Virus record (IMG/VR): IMGVR_UViG_3300045988_165521
Origin: a virus
Reading direction: 5' to 3' (one strand)
DNA: 64,000 bases
Positions 34,910 to 47,253 of this stretch are shown here, piece by piece. Both the position numbers and the translations under genes were made by a program. The notes beneath the pieces are model-generated. The model saw only the letters and a list, made by a program, of their open reading frames with translations. It ran no database searches and was not told the DNA's origin. Numbering within the stretch: the stretch's first letter is position 1; each line of letters opens with the position of its first letter.

Positions 34910-36783
34910 TAACCATAAATTGCCCCATTAACTAAAACAACGCCTCTAACATAAGTTATACAGTAGCATTTGTAGTTTCCGCCAGATAAACTATCAATTC
35001 CATCCATTTTGTGATAGTTTTCTCCAAAAGTTACATCAACAGTATTCGCTACTAAGATAATAGCATCAGGATTATTTTCTGTAACATATACTTCAGTTAC
35101 ATTCACAGAGCCACTGCTAGCAAAATACAATCCTGGTTTACCTGGAGTGTCTACAGAAGGTAGTTTTTTTGCATAAATATTATCTAAATCAATAGTAGAT
35201 GCTGAAGATCCTGTATAACTTGTAGTTGAACCTCCTGCAGTAACATTTAATGCATATGGGTTTGGAAGTGCGATAGGAATTTCAGGTATATCGTTAACAT
35301 TTGCTGGAGTAAAGCCTAAAGCAGTTTTAACTGTAGTATCTTTTAAGAGAGTATAAGCAGTACCATCCTCTAAGACATATATGGCCATTTCAGCACCTCC
35401 AGACTCTGTATATCCTGTCTTAATTCCTCCTAAAACATTATTTTTAGCTACAGGCAATGTATATGAAGATCCAGGAGCACTATTAGTAATAGTTAAAGTT
35501 CCATTAGAAAATGATAGACCAATACCAGTACCATTAGCAATAGTTAATGTAGTAGAACTATCATTTAAAGTTGTACTTCCAACTTTAACTGGTCTTCAAG
35601 TATTCTCGGTGGAATATCCTTGGCCCGTAACTCAACTTTGAGTAGCATATCCACTTAAAGATGGTATTTCACTCTTTAATGCTAAATTAGAAAGTGTCTG
35701 TCCAGAATTTTTAATAGATTTAGGTCCCGCTCCAATTATAATATAATCTACAGCAAGATTTCCACTAGCCATTACATCTCCACCACCTGCTGAACCAATT
35801 TTTTCATCAATTTCAGATTGAGAATAAGTTTCAGACTTTGTATAACGATTATTTAATGCTTCAGTAACTACTTTATTTTGGACAGGATTAACAGAACTTG
35901 TACTTAAAGAAGAATCAACTACAGTTCCATCAGGTATATCAAAATTAAGATCTGATTCATCAACTTTGTCTTTATAAGCAAGAGCTCCTGCATCTGTAAT
36001 TTGAGCTAGAGGATGAGTATGTGCTGCAGGAACATAAGTTTCTGGTTTTCCTGTAACTTTATCTCATGCTATTTCTTTCTCATCAACATATGACTTTAAT
36101 GCTAAATTATTAATTAAAATACCTGAATCTTTAACAGTTTTTCCTGGACCATTAGAAGTTATTACTCTATCCGCAGTAGTAAATGCCTCTGCTGCAATTA
36201 CATCTCCTGCTCCAAAACCTGTTAACTTATCGTCAACTTCGTCTCTTGTATAATAATTAGAAAGATCAATTTCTGTATCACCAATCTTCTCTCATTTTCC
36301 ATCAACAAATACATATTCATCATGTATATCTGGAGCAGAACCAGATTTCTTAACAAGATAAATAATATTTGTCTCTCCAACACTTGGAAATTGATCAACA
36401 ATCTCAATTTGAAGATTAGCTAAATTAGCAATCATTTCTTTTAAGATTCTTCCTTGGTTTGCAGATAATGATTTATCAGCAGCAAGAGACTCTAAATTAT
36501 CTACAATTGAACTTTTTATCTGATTATTAATAGTTGTATGTACATTATCAATAGCTTGTCACACTCCTCCAGAAGTAATTAAATTTTTACTTCCTTCTGT
36601 CGGCTCTTCTTCTATTGAATTAATAATTTTTGGTATATCAGTTAATACTTTAGCATATTCTTCTTTAGTGCCTGTATACCCATTTTCTTGTGCAATAAGA
36701 TAAGCATCTTTACCAGGAGCACCAATTGTTCCAGGAAAAATAATCCATTTCTTTTGCTTTTTATCATAAATTTTTACACTCAT
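34909..36783 (-). CDS. tail fibre paralog 2, 624 aa
   Basis: ATG at 36783. Pieces 36559..36783 and 34909..35457 are in one frame. All triplets across 35458-36558 were checked and contain only TGA. Fibre motifs are HTHPLAQITD, DGK[TGA]EKIGD and SGYATQS[TGA]VTGQGY. Confidence 0.75.
35270..35319. repeat. 50-nt exact direct repeat, copy A (inside fibre paralog 2)
   Basis: gcgataggaatttcaggtatatcgttaacatttgctggagtaaagcctaa is identical to 37149..37198. Confidence 0.9.
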
Positions 36784-36802
36784 AATTTATATATTTTTAA
36801 GA

Positions 36803-38695
36803 TTATGCATATACTGCACCATTAACTGCAATTTTGCTATTTGCCATATAACTTAAGCAATAGATATATCACGTCCCAGATAAATCATCTAATCCATCCA
36901 TTTTAATAACATTACTTGCAGTAAATGTAAGTTTAGCACTACTTATAATAACTGAATCAGGATTGGTTGAAGAAAATCCATTTAAAGTTGATATAGCTTT
37001 TGATGTATCACAACTGTAACTATATCCTGCATCAACTGTTGAACTAGTCAACATTCTTACACTTAAAGGTTTTGAAGTACTAATAGATACTGCAGATGAA
37101 CCTGTGTATGAAGTTCCATTAATTGTTAATGCATATGGATTAGGTAATGCGATAGGAATTTCAGGTATATCGTTAACATTTGCTGGAGTAAAGCCTAATG
37201 CTGCAGTTACGGCTCCTTTAGTAACAGCTATATATGCTTGATTTGAACTGTTTAAAACTAAAGGTAAATTAACCCCTGAAGCAGTAGCTCCAATCTTTAT
37301 ACCTCCAGCTTCTGTTGATGTAGCTATATAATTAAATCTGCCGAAGGCGTTAAATTCAAGGGAGCTCCCAATGATAAGATCTGAAATATTAGCATCCTGA
37401 GCTGATATACCTCCCCTAAATATTTTTTCTCCTGCAAATGACTGATCTCCAGTAGTTACTACACCAGATTGTGTAGCAGAAGCTGAAGGGATTGCTCCAA
37501 ATGAAACTGTACTCATTCCAGAACCAGTTAAAGAACCTGTTGGTCCTGCTGTTGTTCCATTAGTCCAAGTAAACGTTGTTGGATAATAATTTGTATTAGT
37601 GTCTGTCCAAGGCACATTTACATAGGCTTTACCATTACTTAATTGTACAGCATAGTTTTTGTCACTTGTTGTATATCCAATTTGAATTCCTCCATAAGCA
37701 CTAGAGGTTGCGGCAGGAATACTTGTTAAATATCCTTGACTAGTTACTCAATTTTGAGTAGCATACCCCGATAAGGATGGGATAGTTGGTTTATTAGTTA
37801 AGTCATTATAAGATCCACTTGTAGCTACAGTAGCGAATGTTGGTTTACCTGTTACTCCAGACCAAGGTACACTAGTTGCACTTCCTGCTGTGAATTCTTT
37901 AAATTTAGTAGCAAAAGTAGATGCAGATTCTGATACGCAGAAGTACATAGGACCTCCTGAACTAATCTGAACAACATCTCCCTCTTGAACATCTACACTC
38001 ATTGCGGCAGATTGAGAATCTACTACAAACAGCCTTTCTAATGCAGCTGCAGGAATTTTTTCAATAGGAATTTCTGGCAATCTATCTACATTAATAATTC
38101 CAGTAAGTTTTTCAGCATTAATAGTACTTATTGTTGTGTTTATAGTCACATTTTTAGATCCATTAAACGATTCTGTAGTAGAACCAGTGACATCTCCGTC
38201 TAAAAATATATTTCTACCATACATTAATGTTTCTGCGGATGATGTTTTAGAAGCATAAGGTATAGTAAACTCTGTAGAGGTTTTATTTCCAACAGTTATT
38301 TTTATAGTATTACCATTATTAATAAATGAAGGTGCACTTGCAAGATTTGTAGCTGTAGTAGCTGTAGCTGCATTACCAGTTATGTTAACTTGTTCTGGAT
38401 GCCTATGATCTTCACGTGCATATTTTGTAGATGTTCCAACTGCTGCAGTACCTGCAATAAGTGGTGCTACTGTCGCAGGACTAATTTTTCCTGCATTAAC
38501 TAAAGCTTCAACTTCTGAAGCACTGATATCACATTTATATTCTTTACCCCAAGTACAGATCATTGGACCTTCATCAATAAAGGATATATATGCGTCAAAT
38601 ACTTTACGTTCCTCTGTTCCTGCAGTAGTTTTTGCTCTTTCGGCTTCGTATGATGCTTTAGTTTTAAAATGTAAAAATTTTGTTTTATATGCCAT
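36803..38695 (-). CDS. tail fibre paralog 1, 630 aa
   Basis: ATG at 38695. Pieces 37748..38695 and 36869..37615 are in frame, joined via TGA at 37748 and 36869. TAA at 36803. The C-terminus ..KMDGLDDLSGT[W]YIYCLSYMANSKIAVNGAVYA parallels the paralog 2 end ..KMDGIDSLSGGNYKCYCITYVRGVVLVNGAIYG. Confidence 0.75.
37149..37198. repeat. 50-nt exact direct repeat, copy B (inside fibre paralog 1)
   Basis: Identical to 35270..35319, with imperfect flanks (about 72 nt similar in total). Confidence 0.9.
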
Positions 38696-38743
38696 AGCGT
38701 CTATATTTTTATAGCACCTATAATATTATAGGTTAAAAATAAA

Positions 38744-38767
38744 GGGAATAGGGAAATCCCTATCCCC
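38744..38767 (-). terminator. terminator hairpin after 38781..40385
   Basis: gggaataggga / tccctatcccc, followed by a T-rich run on the minus strand. Confidence 0.6.
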
Positions 38768-38780
38768 TTATTATCTTAAT

Positions 38781-40385
38781 TTATTCGAATTCAACCCAAG
38801 TCATTAAACCATCAGCATAAGCTTTTACATCACTAGCTTCAGCAAGACCTTTAGCAGTTGAACTTGCACTAGCTACAGCCTGCAGCATAGAAGTAACTGT
38901 TACTGTAGTTTCACTTTTACTAGTTGCGATATAATTAGAAACAGTGCCATTAACTACCTGAATTGCAGAATCAGCTTTAGCACCTTGAGCAGAAGTTGCA
39001 TAAGCACTTGATTCGGTATAAGCTGCACTCTTAAGACCATTAACTGTACCTTTAAGCTGTTTACTAGACATGCTAAATTTAACCTGTCCATTAGTAGTAT
39101 TAGCTGTATCTACAGTAATAGCTCCAGTCTGTCCTCCAAATGATTGAACTCTAGAAGCAGCGGCAGAAGTAATTCTGCTATCCATTGCTTCAATTGCAGT
39201 TTGAAGATCATTCTCACCATATGTTCCATCACCTCCAACTAGAATATCTGCACCAGCAAGTACTACATTAGCTGATAATGGTTTACTATTAACAGTTCTT
39301 GTAGTTGGAACCTTTCCATTAAGAGCAGTATCAAGTCCAGAGATTTTAGAAATAGCTAAAGTAGGAATATCACCTGCTACAAGAGCTCTGCGGGAAACAG
39401 TAATAATACCATTAGTTTCAGAAACTGCAGAAACAACTTGTCCAGCGACAGCCGTATCAGTTTTATCTAAAGTTCCAATCTTAGTGCTAATTTCACTTGT
39501 AACTGTGGTTTTAGTAGCATAAGCAGATAGATCAATTGTTCCACCTAGCTTATCCCACATTCCTATTTTATTTCCTGCACCAGCTTTAATTGCTACAAAG
39601 TTTGAACCAGCTTCAAAAGCTTCTCCATTTAGAGTGCCTGCAGCAACTACATTATAAACATCGCCAATAACAACTCCTGTAAGAGCAGTAAGAGCTGAAG
39701 CATCATCTACAGAACCCTTCGTCTTGTATACACTACCAACAGCAGAAGCTACTTTTTTATCAACTTCTTCTTTAGTGTACGTAGTAGCTTGAGGAGCTGC
39801 TGCTTCAGCTGTAGCTTTAACTGCATTAAGAGCAGTTGTAGTAGCTTTAGCCTCAAGGACAGCTGTCAATCCAGAAACTTTACTTTGCTCAATTGTACCT
39901 ACAGCAAATGTAACAGTACTATCACCACTATCACGACTTTGTGTAATAGTAGTACCGTCTGCTCTATAAACAATAGCGGCAGGAATTTTGCCAATCTCAG
40001 TGTCTGTATATGATTTAGCTGAACTAATTGCAGACGATTTTGCTTCATCTGTATATTTCTTCAGTCCATAATAACTCTGTACAGTTGAGGCATCTCCAGA
40101 TGCTCCAATATTTAACTTCTTTGCTAGCTCTGTAGTAACTGCAGAAGCTGAGGCTACATCTGATAGATTTAGAGAAATCTCTTCTCCACTTTCGTTAATA
40201 ATTTTAAGGGTTTTAGCACTCTCATCCCAACTTGCAGACTTGACGCCATCACCGAATTTATCAACAGCAGTAGCACTTGTTGCTACTTTAATCATACCTG
40301 TTGATGTTTCAAAGTAAATTCTACCAACTACAAGACCACTTGCTGGAACTGTAGCAATTTTTTGAAAACTTAAATTTGTTGCCAT
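38781..40385 (-). CDS. fibre/spike-like structural protein, 534 aa
   Basis: Intact TGA-free ORF, rich in A/T/S/G/V, bracketed by an upstream hairpin and a downstream terminator. Confidence 0.65.
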   Translation of the reverse strand: MATNLSFQKIATVPASGLVVGRIYFETSTGMIKVATSATAVDKFGDGVKSASWDESAKTLKIINESGEEISLNLSDVASASAVTTELAKKLNIGASGDASTVQSYYGLKKYTDEAKSSAISSAKSYTDTEIGKIPAAIVYRADGTTITQSRDSGDSTVTFAVGTIEQSKVSGLTAVLEAKATTTALNAVKATAEAAAPQATTYTKEEVDKKVASAVGSVYKTKGSVDDASALTALTGVVIGDVYNVVAAGTLNGEAFEAGSNFVAIKAGAGNKIGMWDKLGGTIDLSAYATKTTVTSEISTKIGTLDKTDTAVAGQVVSAVSETNGIITVSRRALVAGDIPTLAISKISGLDTALNGKVPTTRTVNSKPLSANVVLAGADILVGGDGTYGENDLQTAIEAMDSRITSAAASRVQSFGGQTGAITVDTANTTNGQVKFSMSSKQLKGTVNGLKSAAYTESSAYATSAQGAKADSAIQVVNGTVSNYIATSKSETTVTVTSMLQAVASASSTAKGLAEASDVKAYADGLMTWVEFE

Positions 40386-40409
40386 GTTTATTTTTTTTTA
40401 AATTTTAAT

Positions 40410-40440
40410 CCCCCCCCCTCACTAAATGTGAGGAAGGGAG
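40410..40440 (-). promoter_or_regulatory. RNA hairpin whose 3' arm is a G9 homopolymer, in the leader of the 38781..40385 gene
   Basis: The minus strand reads CTCCCTTCCTCAC ATTTA GTGAGGGGGGGGG, a 13-bp stem including G-U pairs. The C9 run lies at 40410-40418 on the plus strand. An A9 run follows (40391-40399) before the ATG at 40385. Confidence 0.5.
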
Positions 40441-40459
40441 AAATTATTATTTATTCAAT

Positions 40460-42829
40460 TTATGATCAAAATATATCAAGCTTACCGTCTGTTCCAACTT
40501 GGATAGATGAACTTGTTGATACTAATTTAGACATATCTACAGCTAAACCTCTAGAAGTACCTTCACCAGTTACCTTAATAGTATTATCGGGACTAGTAAT
40601 AGATGTAATGCCACCTGCAACAGCAGTTTTAATACTATCACTAAGAGCCTGCATACCAGCAGCGATTGTTTGATCTGCACCAATTTCAGCACCACCAGTA
40701 ATGGAAACTCCAACTTTTACAGTTGAGCCTTTTATTCCACTAAGATCCAACTTAAGACCTTCGGCTGATTTTGATAGTGCTTCATTTGAAGCTGGATCTA
40801 ACTTAACATCAATAACATTTTCTTCTGTAATTGAAACTGCATTACCAGGAGTTAATTCGTCTTGCTTACCTCCAACAGATGTTTGTAAAGATTCAATGTC
40901 AGATTTATTAGTTCTGATTTGATTTAAATCAGTATCAGAAATTAAACCTGAACCTTCAACTTTATCAACTTTGTTATTAAGCTGATTAGTAACTGTAGTA
41001 ATCTGTCCTTCTAAAGCTGTATCTGCAGCCTCTAGTTCTGTTTTTGCTGCAGAAATTGCATCATCTACTTGTGACTTTGTATAGTATCCTGAAAGATCAA
41101 TTGTACCTCCCAGTGGATCCCACTTGGCACCATCCCAAGCATAATTAGTTCCAGCAGGAGTAGTTCCATGAGCTGCAACGACATTCCATACATCACCTTT
41201 CTTATTTCCAGAAGATGGAAGTTGGTCGTAACTATCTTTAGTACCTTTATAATCAAGAGCTGCAGCCACAGAAGCTTTCAGATCATCTATAAGAGTTTTT
41301 AAAGCTTTACCTTGTGCCGCAGAGAGTGCAGCATCCGTTTTATCACTTTCAAGTGAATCAATAATCTCAACTATTCCTGCTGTATTAGGAAATGATTTTC
41401 AAGCAGCTTCGAATTGTTCTTGATTGAGAGTACCACCAACAGCAATATAAGAATTGTATAAAAAGTCTTGAACTGAATATTCATCCATGGATTCATCACA
41501 AGGATCATATCAAATCTTATCGTGCTCTGGTTCGTTATTTGGAAAATCAGATTGACATCCGATTGCTATATTTTCATCACCAGGATCTCCTTTTTCTCCC
41601 TGAGGAATTCCAAATTTAAGATTTGCATCACTAATATCTGGATTTAAATCAGTTACATAAGGTTGTGCATCTGGTGCTAATTTTTCTACTTCAGAAACTA
41701 CAGTTACTGTAGCAGGTTTTCCTTTAGGAACTTTTACATTTAAAGCTCATTCTCTAGGAGCATTAGTTTTATCAATTACTAATGACGGATTTTGATCTCA
41801 CTCAACAGTTTCAATAGTTCCTGCATTAAATCTTGGAAGAACAGAACCAGTAGAAGTAATCACTTTACTTGATTCCATAGTTAATTCCAAATGACCTTCT
41901 GCATCACTAATATTAACTGATTTAATACTATCTCCTCTTAATTCTTCTAAATAGCATAGTGTAACCCATTCACTAGTAGGATCTCCTAAATATCCCCATA
42001 GAATTCTATCATCTGTTAAATTATCAGGATCTCCAAATTTTCTAACAAGTGCAGGTGTTCTTCCAGAATCTCCTTTAGGTCCCTGAGGTCCTTGTGCTCC
42101 AGTAGCTCCAGTATTTCCCTTGTCGCCCTTGTCACCTTTGGCTTGTCCTAATTTAATTCATGATTTTGGTGGATCATTCTTATCATAAGAAACAAACCAA
42201 TATCCGTCTTCAATTTTCAATTGAGGCGTTATACCATCTTCACCGTCTTCTCCAGGAATGCCAGGTGCTCCAGTAGCTCCTGTTAAACCTTCAGCTAAAA
42301 CTCTTTGTCCACTATCGTCAAATATTCATTCAGTTTTTTCATTAATAGATACTGTTCAATAATAATGATTATTAGATGTATCCTTTTTAATGCCGATAAT
42401 AGGAGTATCTCCAGCGGGGCCTTTAAGATCACTTATTGAGGTTGAACTTGGAGGAGTATTACTTTCTTTTCAAGAAAGTATTCCGTTATTAATCTCTGGA
42501 ACTCATACTTTTCCTGTAGGTCCTTCAACTCCCGCCATTACAAAAGCTCAGAAAAGATTTGGTTTAATACCAATGATTTTATCGTTTTCTCGAACTAATT
42601 CAGGCATATTTAACGAAGATGATGTATGACTTCTAATGCAAGACAATAAAGCTCCTTCAAATGATACAAAATCTACAATATATTCGTCATTAAAATAGTG
42701 AGTATTTGTTATTCATTCTCCCGCCATCTTAAAGGAAGTTCCCTTATAGAAATCTCTTGAATTATAAGCTCCAGAATACTCTCTTGAATTTTGTAGATCT
42801 ATAGTAGGTAATATATTATTTTTCTTCAT
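40460..42829 (-). CDS. collagen-like tail fibre, 789 aa
   Basis: ATG at 42829. One frame down to TAA at 40460 (..DIF[W]S). All lines from 41270 to 42829 were checked triplet by triplet. G-X-Y runs include GDKGDKGNTGATGAQGPQGPKGDSG and GLTGATGAPGIPGEDGEDG. Confidence 0.75.
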
Positions 42830-42835
42830 AGTTTA

Positions 42836-45800
42836 TTATTTTGACCCTAATATTAAAAATGGAACACTAATACTTGTTGTTGGTACTTTGCCGTCTGCAG
42901 TTCTTACATCTAAAAAAGCTCCATTAATCCTGCCTCTTGCTGAACCATAGAACATTTTTAGCATAGCTCCATCTCATATAGGTTGTGAAAAAGCTATTGC
43001 ACTTATTGATAAAGTTCTACTATTATAAATACTTGTTAAATCTAAATTTGCAGAAAAATTTCCAGATTGACTTACAGTTAATACTAAATCAGTTCTACAT
43101 CTAGAAAAACCAGATAAAGATGGTACCCCAGATGAATTAAAATAAACTTCTCCACATGCTAAAAATGAATCACTATTATAATCGTCATAACTTTTATAAT
43201 AAAGATCTGAACGTAGCGTTCCATTTTGTTTCCATGTTTTTAACTCAAAATCTGATGTATTCTCTACTCAAATTGTTCCAACATAGTAATTATTAACTAT
43301 TGAAGATGGAACAAATTTAAATTCTAATACTCCTCCAGCTGGAAGTAAAATTTGAGAAGCATTAAAAAGAATTGGTTCATCATAACTGAATAGTAATCTA
43401 CCATTATAATAACCACAAATTTTAATAGATTCATCATCGTTTCCATTATCAAATGGATATATAAATAATTGTTTATCCGACTTATTATGAATTACTCCCG
43501 AATACGAATCATCAATATTTAATTGATATTCAGAAGCATTTACTTTAAGAGTTACATCTTCGTGTATCGTTGGCGAATATATAATTTCAGAATATAATGA
43601 ATCTAGTATATGTGGATCAGATGACTGAGTAAGACTATATTGTTTAATGTTTTGAATAATAGCATTATTAATTTTAATGTTAGTTAAATCAACACTTCCA
43701 TCACTACCAAACTTAATCTTTCCAGCAGCCATATGTCCAGCTCCAGTTCTAAAATCAAATAGTATATTTGGAGTAAACTCACCTTCTGTAGGAATTTCTG
43801 GATCAAAGTTTTGATATTGTGTAGATATTTGTCCACTTGCATCAATACCTTGTTGGCTAAACATATAGTTTCCATTAAATACAGCAGATCCAATAAGACC
43901 GTTAGCGATAATCCCAATTTTAGTATACAGCGCCTCAAATGCATCTAATTTAACTCAACTATTACTAGTATCAGTGCTAGGAGATTCATTACTGTGTAAT
44001 GTTCCTTGCCAAGTTCCTACTATGTTTAAAACATAATAGTTAGCATCATTAGAATCATATACATAAGGAGTTTTATCTGCGGTTCCTTGATATACAGTAT
44101 TAACATTATAAATACCTTCAGGATAAATTATTTGTCCTTTAGAACCATTCTCTCCATTTAATCCATTAGTTCCACTTAATTTAGTAGGAGTACTTCAACT
44201 ACCTTCAATTGTACCAACTTTATCAGTGTTACTTGTATAATTTACTCTAGCTTGAATAAACCAAATATAAGGAGTCTCTTCAGTTGGAGTTGGAACCGCT
44301 AAATCCCAACCTGTTGGCTGTCTTGTTGTTCCAGGAGTACTTGTTCCTCCATAAATAGTTGTAGTTCCTAAGCAATAACGAACTTCAATACCAATTCCAG
44401 GTAACCCATCAACTCCATCTTTACCTGCTGGACCAGGATCACCAGTAATTCCAGGTTCTCCTTTTATTTTGGTTCATTTATAGTCAGAAGGATCATCACT
44501 ATCATTTATATTATAATCTACATAAATTCCAATTCAAGCACCTGGATCTTCTCCATTGTTACCTGTAAAGGTTACACCTCCATCATTAGAGTATTTAATA
44601 TGTAGATAACTTGTTTTTCCATCTTCTCCGTTAGTACCTGGGATTCCTTGTTCTCCCTTTTCTCCTTGAATTCCTTCAAATCTTGCCCAAGTATAGTCAG
44701 AGGGATCTGTACTATCTGCTTGAGTAAAATCTACATAAGTTCCAATATATGTACTTGGAGTTTCAGTCATTTGACTTGAAGAAGTAGGGTTGGCAACAGC
44801 AGAATATTTAATATGAAAATATGTAGTTTTTCCATCTTCTCCTGGAGTTCCAGGAATTCCGTCTGTACCATTCGTACCATTTTCTCCACTTATAACAACT
44901 GGAGCAGTCCAGTTTGTATTTAAAGTATCATCAGGATTAATAGTTGCTGTAGTCATCCAGAGATATCCATCTTTAGATTTTTCAGGAGGAACCACAGACC
45001 ATCCTGAAGGAGTTCTTACTGTTGCGTTTAATGTAGGAGGATTTGAATTACTTGTATTTACAGCAAATCTAAATTCTGTAAATTTGCCATCTTGAGCTTG
45101 GCCATCTCTACCATTAACTGGTATTACTTCTGACCATTCAGTTACAAGTCCTGTTTCTCCATTAACTGTTCCAATACATTGCCACCAGTTTCCACTAGTT
45201 GTAGGATAATCTTCCCATTCAGACGGACTAGGACTATTTCCTGTAGGTTTTGATGGTTTACTATCACTTAATTTATAAACGTATGTTTTCCAATTTGGTA
45301 TTACTGCATCCTGTCCCTTTTCTCCTGTCATTTGAACAGGATCTGACCATTCTCCAACAAGAGTAGAATCTCTAAAAGATGCTGTAATTGACCATATAAT
45401 TTCAGAGGATGTGTGAATTGGAACAACTGTACTTCATACAGAACCAGGATTTGCATTAGTTTTATTTACAACAGGAGGAGTATTGACACTTCCACTCTTT
45501 GCATACATTAACTTAATACCTAATCCATCCTCTCCATTAGAACCATCAGTCCCATTTGTTCCGTCCTTGCCATTCTCTCCATCTTTACCATCAGCTCCTT
45601 TAGGTAATCCAAAACTAAATTTAAATATATCTCCTTCTAAAACTACATTAGCATTAGCTTCAGTTGTTGAAGAAACACTAGCTACTTCTGCATCAAAATT
45701 AGGAATTTCTCCGCCTTCAGAAATAGTTTTTCATTCTGTATCATAATCTGCATCAGATTTTTTAACTAATGCTTGACCAGTAGTTCCTCCAGGAATTACT

Positions 45801-46309
45801 CCAATTCCATCAGAGCCATTCTTTCCATCAGTTCCATTTTGCCCAGGATCACCTGTAGCTTGGCCTATATCTTGTCAAGTTTGACCTTTATCCATTGAAA
45901 GTAGTCAACGACCGTCTTCAATTTTTAATTGTGGAGTAATACCATCAGTTCCACTTGGTCCGATAGGACCAATATCGCCTTTATCTCCTTTTTGACCTTT
46001 ACCACTATTTCCCATAATAAAAGCTCAATACGGATTAGATTCTACACCAACAATTATATCGTCTTTATAAATTAGATTCGGCTTATTTCATTCTGATGAT
46101 AAATGACCTCTTAGACAATACAATAAAGCTCCTTCACAAGATATAAAATCAATAATATGTTCATCGTTGAAATAATGAGTGTCTGGAGTTCAGGCTCCTG
46201 CCATCTTAAAAGATGTTCCTCTATAAAAATCTCTAGAACTATACATTCTATAATAGTCTTGAGAATTTATTGCATTATCTATGATTACATTAACATTAGA
46301 TCTCTTCAT
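42836..46309 (-). CDS. collagen-like tail fibre, 1157 aa
   Basis: ATG at 46309. Pieces 44534..45331 and 43268..43864 are in frame. All gaps were checked. TAA TAA at 42833-42838. There are six G-X-Y blocks. The N-terminal ~60 aa are homologous to the N-terminus of 40460..42829. Confidence 0.75.
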
Positions 46310-46493
46310 AATATTGAATTATTTTGATTATTTCATTATTAGTTGGATTACCGTGTTCAATATAATCAATTGCATTAATTAATTCGTTCATTGTAAATAA
46401 TGCTTTTTTATCAGGTAAATGCCCAATATTAATATTAATTAATTCTTGAACAAATATTTTATATAATTCATTATATAGAATTTCCACAACCAC
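46296..46493 (-). CDS. hypothetical small protein, 65 aa
   Basis: Intact ORF ending in TAA. Confidence 0.45.
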   Translation of the reverse strand: MVVEILYNELYKIFVQELININIGHLPDKKALFTMNELINAIDYIEHGNPTNNEIIKIIQYYEEI

Positions 46494-47253
46494 AACTATT
46501 ATTTATATTACCTAATTCCTCTCCACATAAAGAATTACATGAAGATAAATTATCTAATATTCTTTGTGCTTCTGTAAAGTTCCCCATATCTTTTAGATAA
46601 TCAAACACATACATAGCACTTAATAAGAAATCTCTGCGATTCCTTAAATTTTCATCTGTTTTACATTTATCATAACTACATATTTTACTGTTATTCAACA
46701 GTAATTGCCGTTGCAAATATACTAAACATCTTTGTAATTTGCAAACACTAAAGACATTTTTTATTGGACAATAGAAAGTTTGTGAAGCCTTATTTTCTTG
46801 CACAAATTCATATGCTTCTTTATAATCAATAATTTCAGAACTTTCAATTACTTCGTCTAATGTATATCCTTCCTGGTCTGTAATATTAGATTTATAAAGA
46901 TCTCCATTAAAAAAAAATAATTCATCTATTAAATTAATATATTTATCAGGCTCTTTATCGTCTTGAAAATGCATTAATTGTGGAACTACTAATTTATAAT
47001 AAGAATAAGTTCCATCAACATTTAATGTAAATTCAGATGCAAATCTACTTAAATAGTGTCCTCGATTATGTAATTCCTTTCTTATTTTTACTGATTCTGG
47101 GAGTAAATTTTCATCAGTATTATAAGATAGAAATTCTAACATTATATACTGACTTAAATCTACACCTAAATAATCACTATTATCTACAGCAATTAATTTA
47201 CAATCAGATCTAACAATTACATCAATATTTATTTTTTTATTCATATTATACAA
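46471..47253 (-). CDS. Cys-rich hypothetical protein, 260 aa
   Basis: Intact TGA-free ORF directly after the portal gene. The C-terminus is ..CNSLCGEELGNINNSCGCGNSI. Confidence 0.6.
   Translation of the reverse strand: MYNMNKKINIDVIVRSDCKLIAVDNSDYLGVDLSQYIMLEFLSYNTDENLLPESVKIRKELHNRGHYLSRFASEFTLNVDGTYSYYKLVVPQLMHFQDDKEPDKYINLIDELFFFNGDLYKSNITDQEGYTLDEVIESSEIIDYKEAYEFVQENKASQTFYCPIKNVFSVCKLQRCLVYLQRQLLLNNSKICSYDKCKTDENLRNRRDFLLSAMYVFDYLKDMGNFTEAQRILDNLSSCNSLCGEELGNINNSCGCGNSI

Noticed and set aside
35247-37198. Diversity-generating retroelement (template/variable repeat) explanation for the fibre repeats
   Set aside because: No reverse transcriptase gene is present in the window. The repeat core is perfectly identical, not adenine-specifically mismatched. 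It also lies upstream of the tip domains rather than within them.
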